A stretch of DNA of 63,158 nucleotides, the filler included, from an uncultured bacterium (GTDB taxonomy: Bacteria; CAYSBA01), in NCBI GenBank assembly GCA_964429075.1. It is 20 parts of 20 records of this genome, joined end to end, with 100 filler letters (N's around TTAATTAATTAA, not from the genome) between each part and the next. Parts side by side here need not be neighbours in the genome. Positions count along the whole stretch, not along the records: positions 54,160 to 57,107 come from CAYSBA010000240.1; positions 57,208 to 60,141 come from CAYSBA010000241.1; positions 60,242 to 63,158 come from CAYSBA010000242.1; 17 more parts are not named here. One strand, 5' to 3'. Position 1 is the stretch's first letter. Each line of letters opens with the position of its first letter. Shown piece after piece: positions 56,965-63,158 of this stretch. Position numbers and translations under genes: made by a program. A model generated the notes under the pieces. That model made no database searches and was not told where the DNA came from. It saw nothing but the letters and a program-made list of their open reading frames with translations.

Positions 56965-57107
56965 CAGCGTTTCTGTTTGAGGCGCGCCGATCTACCCTTT
57001 AGTTTTCTGAGATAGTAAAGTTTGGCCCTTCTTATTACACTCTTTCTTACTACCTCAACTTTGACTACATTGGGTGAATATATTGGGAATATCATCTCCA
57101 TATAAAC
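56964..57107 (-). CDS. rplS: 50S ribosomal protein L19, C-terminal fragment (not in ORF track)
   Basis: Manual translation [42 protein letters not shown]-stop. Confidence 0.92.
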   Translation of the reverse strand, partial: VYMEMIFPIYSPNVVKVEVVRKSVIRRAKLYYLRKLKGRSARLKQKR

Positions 57108-57207
57108 NNNNNNNNNNNNNNNNNNNNNNNNNNNNNNNNNNNNNNNNNNNNTTAATTAATTAANNNNNNNNNNNNNNNNNNNNNNNNNNNNNNNNNNNNN
57201 NNNNNNN

Positions 57208-57910
57208 TCACTCTTTGAGGGATTTTTGTTGTACGATCATCTTTAATTATCTGTAAGAGACTGCTCTTTCTTTTACCTAGGCTTGTCCTGATAGATGTTG
57301 TTTTCAGCTTGTCTCTTATTTCCTGTATGCCTTTGATGTTATAATCCCTTTTTTTTATTCTCTTTAATCTCTTTGTCTTTTTTAATGCGGTCAGAATGCC
57401 TTCAGGAGGTAATTTCGGGAAGGGCCTTACTACTTTAGATCTATTTAGCCTTTTATTTATCCTTGACGATCCCTTTTCAGCAAGGCCACCTTTTAAGATA
57501 TCCCTCAGATTACAGCGAAATATCTTTATAAGTAGCAGCCTGCTGGTAACCAATCTTGCACCATAAAGTGGTGTGGTAATTGGTAATTTAATCCTTGTAA
57601 GCATATCTGTGGGATGTTCTACCTTTGAACTCAGCACACCAAAACGGCTTTTTGGCGAAAGATCATAGAGGTCTATATAGAGTACATTCTGATCGGTCGA
57701 TAGATGTACATTGAAATCGGGGTAGTAAGAAAAAAGAAGGCTTATCTTACATATATCACCCTTTAAATCTACCCTGGTTTTAAGCAATCTATTTGAGGCA
57801 ACCCCCTCATTTATTGTAAAAAGATTCAGTACAAAAAGTACAGCGATATGAATAATAAATGAGAGTTCTCTTAAACCTGTTCTACTCCTTCTTTTTTTCT
57901 TCCTCAACAT
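57208..57910 (-). CDS. Exported protein, possibly AMIN-like N-terminal domain, 3'-truncated
   Basis: TM/signal, then LYIDLY and TRIKL beta motifs reminiscent of AMIN domains. Confidence 0.4.
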
Positions 57911-58349
57911 CTACGGGTATAATTAGAAGGGGTTTTTTTATCTTCCTTGCAACCTTAAGACAGGTACTTCCCATCACAAACTTTTCTAACGCTGTTCGAC
58001 CATGAGATGGGATCACAACAAGATCAAAATCATCTTCCTCTGCAATACTTGCAATCAAGATTGATGGTATCCCTTTAGTAACGATATAATCGGCATCTAC
58101 ACCATCTTCTTTTAACTCCCTGACCTGCTCTGATAACCTTTTTTTGGCCTCCTCTAAGAGTCTTTCATAGATATTATCTATCAGTGTAAGTGTGGGTGGG
58201 AGAAATCCTCTTATATAGTTTGTATCTTCTACCACATGTAATATTGTTACCTTTGCTGTGAATTTTTTTGCAAGCTCCTTGCTTACCACAAGTGACATAT
58301 CACTGTATTCTGAAAAATCTGTGGGCACAAGTATCTTTTTTATGTCCAT
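57882..58349 (-). CDS. Universal stress protein (UspA family)
   Basis: KILVPTDFS, ILHVVE, DLVVIPSHGRT..MGST. Confidence 0.92.
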   Translation of the reverse strand: MDIKKILVPTDFSEYSDMSLVVSKELAKKFTAKVTILHVVEDTNYIRGFLPPTLTLIDNIYERLLEEAKKRLSEQVRELKEDGVDADYIVTKGIPSILIASIAEEDDFDLVVIPSHGRTALEKFVMGSTCLKVARKIKKPLLIIPVDVEEEKKKE

Positions 58350-58436
58350 AAAATCTCCTTCAAAGATTTTTTTAAGATATAGAATAAATAATTGAATATT
58401 GCAATTTTTATCAGCTTAGGTTAATTAGCCCTACTA

Positions 58437-58510
58437 CGGGGTGTGGCGCAGTCTGGAAGCGCGCCTGCTTTGGGAGCAGGAAGTCGGAGGTTCGAATCCT
58501 CTCACCCCGA
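58437..58510 (+). tRNA. tRNA-Pro(TGG)
   Basis: CGGGGTG...CCTGC TTTGGGA GCAGG...GGTTCGAATCC..CACCCCG-A; CCA not encoded. Confidence 0.95.
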
Positions 58511-58517
58511 TTTTTTT

Positions 58518-58594
<77 letters not shown>

Positions 58595-58608
58595 GATAGT
58601 TCATTCAA

Positions 58609-59433
58609 TCATTTAAATAGATAGGCCACACCAAATCCATCTGCTTTTGGTATTAGAGTAATATCAACACGATCCTCTTCGTTTATAAACCTGTCAAACA
58701 GCATGCTGAATAATACCCCACAGGATGCACCAACAATTACATCGGTCATATAGTGTTTGTCAGCAGCAATCCTCAGATAACCTACTGTGGTGGCAAGCCC
58801 AAGTCCAACAAATAGGGATATACTACTCAGTTTGCTGTAGTATCTCTTCGTTATATCAGCAATTATAAGGGCAGAGAGAAAGGCCGTCTGGGTATGACCA
58901 CTGTAAAACGAAACCTTGCACACAGAGGATAGAGTGTCATTGGTCCTAAAATGGCAGAAGGGTCTCTGCCTTGCTGTTGTATATTTTACACCCTGATTGA
59001 TCAATGTGGCAACAACTACTGTCTCTAAGGAGAAAAGTGAGAGTCTACTTTTTTTGATCAAGATACCCTCAATCAAAGAGAGTGGCAACAACATACCATT
59101 GACAATGATATCACTTATCAGAGATGCCCTCCTTCTTGCTCTTTCTGATTTTAGAACAAGCCTTTCTCTAAACCAGAGATCAACACCATTTTGATCTGTC
59201 CATGTAGCCTGAGATGGCTGTAGATTCTCCTTTTTTATCTGAGAAAGGAACAACAGTGAAGATGTCACTATCAAAGTTGGAAGATGACCCAGATAGCTAT
59301 AGGCTTCTTCATCCTCTTTAGCCTCATTGGCATTTGATTGCGGTATATATGCAAGATTTATGATAAGGAGTATAATCAAACATATCCTGTGGATATGGTA
59401 TTCAATTCTTCCCCTAAGCGCAGGTGTCAACAT
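58609..59433 (-). CDS. PAP2-family phosphatase
   Basis: KYTTARQRP, SFYSGHT, RIAADKHYMTDV. Confidence 0.85.
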   Translation of the reverse strand: MLTPALRGRIEYHIHRICLIILLIINLAYIPQSNANEAKEDEEAYSYLGHLPTLIVTSSLLFLSQIKKENLQPSQATWTDQNGVDLWFRERLVLKSERARRRASLISDIIVNGMLLPLSLIEGILIKKSRLSLFSLETVVVATLINQGVKYTTARQRPFCHFRTNDTLSSVCKVSFYSGHTQTAFLSALIIADITKRYYSKLSSISLFVGLGLATTVGYLRIAADKHYMTDVIVGASCGVLFSMLFDRFINEEDRVDITLIPKADGFGVAYLFK

Positions 59434-59458
59434 TTCAATACCGCTTTATTTTGATATA

Positions 59459-60141
59459 TTAAAATGTTATAAGACCACCTATTGCGGGATACAACAGTGT
59501 GCCTCTTATCTTTGAATATCTGCCTGCTATATTCTGATTGAGTATAGAATTTATGGCGCTAAGCTCTGCGTAGAGATATACATACTTGTATCCCAGTCTG
59601 AATCCAAGGGTCAGGGATGCAGAATGCGCATGACCTGATATCTGACCCTCCAGGTCATATTTTTTTAGTTCCTCATTTAATATCTTAAGATTATCAATAC
59701 CATAGTTCATGTAAAAATATCGAACAACAAGATAGGGCACCAGTATGTCAAAAAGATTCAGGCTTATTGCAGAATTCAATTCAAAATCACCTCTCTTGAA
59801 TCCAATAAAATCTATGGCATCAGAGAGTGCATCAACTGAAGAGGTTATAAAATAGTTGTAACCTGCACCTACTGCCATACTCATACCCATAAAATCACGG
59901 AACAACTGAAAACGACCATCAAGCTTCAAACTCGTTGATCCATATCTAAGAGCAAAATCAAATCGATCAAAGGGGCTGTATCTAATCCAGAACTCTGGAA
60001 GGGGCAAGGGTGCAAAAAGGCTGAGTGTGGCAAGGTTTGCAACGAATTCATCAGCATCTTTCTGACTAATCTGTGGATCCTGATTTTTTAACTCTTTTTG
60101 AAAACTGTTTACCTGGTCGTATAGTTTTTTCATCGTTGTAA
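59459..60141 (-). CDS. Hypothetical protein, probable beta-barrel, 5'-truncated
   Basis: Amphipathic strands; C-terminal Phe. Confidence 0.45.
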
Positions 60142-60241
60142 NNNNNNNNNNNNNNNNNNNNNNNNNNNNNNNNNNNNNNNNNNNNTTAATTAATTAANNN
60201 NNNNNNNNNNNNNNNNNNNNNNNNNNNNNNNNNNNNNNNNN

Positions 60242-60599
60242 TTATTGCATTGTTCAGGACAGAGAACATACCGGACAACTCTATCTTTTTTTTCTTCTGT
60301 TCTTCTTGAAAGACTGGAGAGATAACTCTCTGGATTTCCTCTTTCAACGATTCAAATATCTCCTGCAGCCTCCTGAATTCTACAGTCGTCAACTCTTCAG
60401 GATCAATCTGCTTTAAAAAATCAATCAACTTTTTTGTAAGATCGATAATCCTGTCCAAAATAGGTGGTTCTTTTAAGATTTCAGTTTTTTCATTAGAAAT
60501 TTTCTTGTTTGACTTTGATAAACCAAGATTTTCAAAGGGGTCTCTGCCAAGCACACTACCCTCTAACTTCTTAAACCCTTTTTTATTATTCATTATCAA
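60242..60599 (-). CDS. Hypothetical protein N-terminal fragment (possibly an acyltransferase N-terminus)
   Basis: VLGRDPF N-terminal motif; coupled to the upstream epimerase-like gene. Functional guess from recalled context only. Confidence 0.35.
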
Positions 60600-61594
60600 T
60601 GACCCACAGTACTGTTAATATTTCCCCTCTTTCTCGCCAGAAATCTCAACAGTGAATCAAGAGAATTGAATGAGGGTTTTATACCAAAATCACAAAAGGC
60701 CTTGTTAGCATCAACTGCCCATGTATATCTAAGATAGTCTATAAAAACAGGAGGGACATCAAGCAACTCAGAAATCCATAAAAATCCAAAAACACCCTTT
60801 GCTGCTTTATATAACATCGGTAAATTTTTGCTTCCTGTTGCCTTTATTGCCTTTGATAGGGGAACAACACCCTCAGCAGCTATATTGTAAATACCAGAAT
60901 GATCCTCAGCTACAGCCTTTACAAAAAAGGATGCTGCGTCCTCTTCAAGTATAAATTGTACAAGTGGATCGTATCCAAGTATGGTTGGGACAAATGGACG
61001 CATCAGATATCTTATAAAAAAGTTGTCAAGCTCCATATCAAGAACCGGCGCAAGCCTCAATATTGTTACAATCCTACTTTTATCCTTTTCTGCAAATTCC
61101 AGAAGCTGATTTTCTGCGTTCAATTTGTCCTTAACCCATCTACTCTCTGCACCACGAGCAGGATGACTCTCAGTCAAAAAAGCAGGGTTGTCCGGATATG
61201 CCCCATATACCATTGTAGTACTTTTAAGTATGATCTTTCTAATACCGGCCTCAATTGATGCCTCAATTAGATACATTGTGCCTATGGATTCAAACTCATG
61301 GGCCCATTCAGAATCGTGTGAGGGTTTATTCAGTAGTGACATGTGCAATAGAATATCAACCCCTTCCTCTTGAAAAATCCTTGATAACTCCTGTTTTGCA
61401 TAGGGTGCTGTAAGATCTACCCTGTGGAAACAGACCCTGTCATACGCAATACCAGGTGGTTCTAAATCAATAACAACAATCTTATCTATCTTTTTTTCTT
61501 TGTTTAAAAGGTCGATTACAGCCAAAGCAGGCGAACAGCGTGCGCCGGTTATGGCAACAGTTATACCTGATTCTTTTTTTGTTCTTTTTGCCAA
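60596..61594 (-). CDS. NAD-dependent epimerase/dehydratase-family (extended SDR) protein
   Basis: VAITGA, STTMVYGA, FLTESHP, GYDPLVQF, GIYNIA. Confidence 0.78.
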   Translation of the reverse strand: MAKRTKKESGITVAITGARCSPALAVIDLLNKEKKIDKIVVIDLEPPGIAYDRVCFHRVDLTAPYAKQELSRIFQEEGVDILLHMSLLNKPSHDSEWAHEFESIGTMYLIEASIEAGIRKIILKSTTMVYGAYPDNPAFLTESHPARGAESRWVKDKLNAENQLLEFAEKDKSRIVTILRLAPVLDMELDNFFIRYLMRPFVPTILGYDPLVQFILEEDAASFFVKAVAEDHSGIYNIAAEGVVPLSKAIKATGSKNLPMLYKAAKGVFGFLWISELLDVPPVFIDYLRYTWAVDANKAFCDFGIKPSFNSLDSLLRFLARKRGNINSTVGH

Positions 61595-61603
61595 AGATAG
61601 TGA

Positions 61604-62014
61604 TTAATGAGGGGTTACATACTCTTCGTAAATTACTTCCTTCTCATGACGACCTTTGAGGTTTTTTAACGATATGGTAACCTTAACACTCTCCCCGATT
61701 GTATTAGAAAAGTCATATTTTGCTTCAAGATAGTCTGGTGATTTTCCCTTTTTCTGCTTTATATACTTAAAGGGTATTTCCTTGCCATCCTCAATCTTTA
61801 CACTGCCTTCCACACCCTTCAAAGATAGTGGTTTCATCCGTTTGTTAAACAAAAATAAAAACAGAGTATCCTTTGTGGCCATCACCTCTATCTTAAAATC
61901 CTTTGTCTCAGTCACTGTTCCATTGTGTGGCCCTGCACCTATGGCAACAATTGCTATAAAAATTACTAATAAGTATGCATACCTTCTCTTCCACATTTCC
62001 GCCTCCATTTTCAA
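61604..62014 (-). CDS. Small secreted protein with GPHxG motif
   Basis: Signal peptide followed by GPHNG and a beta-rich domain. Confidence 0.5.
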   Translation of the reverse strand: MKMEAEMWKRRYAYLLVIFIAIVAIGAGPHNGTVTETKDFKIEVMATKDTLFLFLFNKRMKPLSLKGVEGSVKIEDGKEIPFKYIKQKKGKSPDYLEAKYDFSNTIGESVKVTISLKNLKGRHEKEVIYEEYVTPH

Positions 62015-62088
62015 TTATTGTTCAATAGCAATTATCACAGCATTGATCTTTTGTCCAATAATCTCTTTGTGTAAGCTATGATTTAATA

Positions 62089-62120
62089 ATACAAAAGGGG
62101 CCTCTATCGAGACCCCTTTG
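62089..62120 (-). terminator. Rho-independent terminator downstream of the 62152-63153 gene
   Basis: Minus strand AAAGGGGTCTC-GATA-GAGGCCCCTTT followed by T-rich TGTATT. Confidence 0.6.
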
Positions 62121-62151
62121 GGCCAGCGACCTTGGCGGGAGGGGGAGATCC

Positions 62152-63153
62152 TTAACCACCCATTCCAAGTCCAATTCCCACCATCATCAAATGTATTAAC
62201 CTCTGAGATACTACTCTCACCCTGAAGATGGAGCCCGCAAGACCTCCGTTCAGACCGGTCCAATTTTCTCTATATAGTGTAATCATCTGATCAGGAGAAT
62301 CCGCATATAGTTCCTGAAGTATTGTTGAAGGGATATTAAAACTGCCTGTATCCTGCTGTCTGGTAATCCTGTAATCATTTGCATATATCTCAATTGCCAT
62401 TGCAGGCTTTTGCATACTCCAGCTAACCGGTACAGGGTTGTACACTTCATAGTAGCCATCTTCCTGAGGATCTGACATATTATGTATTGATGGTGTATCA
62501 AGTCTTGCACCACCAATGAAATCTGTTCCTCTTTTTACAAAGAGCCTATAGGAGGGCGATGATTGATCAGAACTTGCAGTATACACACCTGGTGCAGTTT
62601 CAAGAAGGACATAGGCCCTTTCTGTGTCTGTAATTATAACAGATGCGCCACTGACAGGGGCTCCATTTGCATCGCTAACCTCCACTTTGAAGTAAACCCC
62701 TGCCTGATGATCAAGCCTTATATCAACAGTGGCTTTCACTACTAATGTACCTGAACCAGAACCAGTATCTGCTATTGGCTCCACACAACTTTGTTGATCT
62801 GTTGGATTGTCAAAGTCATCAAAGGGACTCTGGGATGCGTTCCGGTTGTTGGTGTTATCTTGATTTTGAGCGTTTGGTGTTGTATTTGAATCATTGGTAG
62901 ATGTACCATCATCTTTATCTGGGTCACCATTTGTTTGTGAGTCTACCTTAATAAAAGTACCCGGGACGATCCCAAAGGAGGCCTGGTCAGACCCTGATGA
63001 GGCATGATCCTTTGCATTATTTATTATTTCTATCGTGTATTTTGAGCACCCTACAAAAAATAGAAGGATAAAGACTAAAATCAGTCCATTTATCCTTGCT
63101 TTTAAAGTGCCTTTAATCATCTTTTTCATCGCTGGCTCCTCTGATAAGTTCAC
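62152..63153 (-). CDS. Lipoprotein with D/N/T-rich linker and Ig-like beta domains
   Basis: Lipobox FVGC; low-complexity linker; VSDANGAPVSGASVII..ETAPGVY. Confidence 0.55.
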   Translation of the reverse strand: MNLSEEPAMKKMIKGTLKARINGLILVFILLFFVGCSKYTIEIINNAKDHASSGSDQASFGIVPGTFIKVDSQTNGDPDKDDGTSTNDSNTTPNAQNQDNTNNRNASQSPFDDFDNPTDQQSCVEPIADTGSGSGTLVVKATVDIRLDHQAGVYFKVEVSDANGAPVSGASVIITDTERAYVLLETAPGVYTASSDQSSPSYRLFVKRGTDFIGGARLDTPSIHNMSDPQEDGYYEVYNPVPVSWSMQKPAMAIEIYANDYRITRQQDTGSFNIPSTILQELYADSPDQMITLYRENWTGLNGGLAGSIFRVRVVSQRLIHLMMVGIGLGMGG

Positions 63154-63158
63154 TACAC

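Noticed and set aside
62015-62263. 82-aa ORF as a frameshifted continuation of the lipoprotein
   Set aside because: It runs through a clear terminator hairpin and has no recognisable motif or slippery site.

Overview
This window is not one locus. It is 20 short contigs (about 3.17 down to 2.92 kb, sorted by decreasing length) joined by 19 artificial 100-nt spacers (N44-TTAATTAATTAA-N44), as in a concatenated metagenome-assembled genome. Adjacency across spacers is meaningless and many genes are truncated at contig ends. The DNA is AT-rich bacterial sequence with a Gram-negative, deltaproteobacterial/Myxococcota-like repertoire: lpxA/fabZ, pilT, a CpaF-type ATPase, PilZ proteins, a Ser/Thr kinase, a DUF4388 protein and Cys-rich surface lipoproteins. 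Housekeeping genes include rpoD, infB, nusA, gltX, eno, guaAB, sdhAB, panD, coaD, rplS, three tRNAs and the 3' part of RNase P RNA. The stand-out locus is contig 44967-47941, a compact His-Xaa-Ser radical-SAM peptide-modification operon: adhesin-like fragment, Cys-rich lipoprotein, precursor hxsA, hxsD, hxsB. Its precursor is atypical, with an export-type leader and a core where every His sits in H-x-[S/N/Q], plus a WGN-HVN-W-FGN block. Other oddities are an alanine/glycine symporter with a ~265-aa soluble insert, a degenerate PIN-like domain fused to a DegT aminotransferase, and an scpA gene lacking a canonical start codon. All protein calls come from motif recognition, not database searches.
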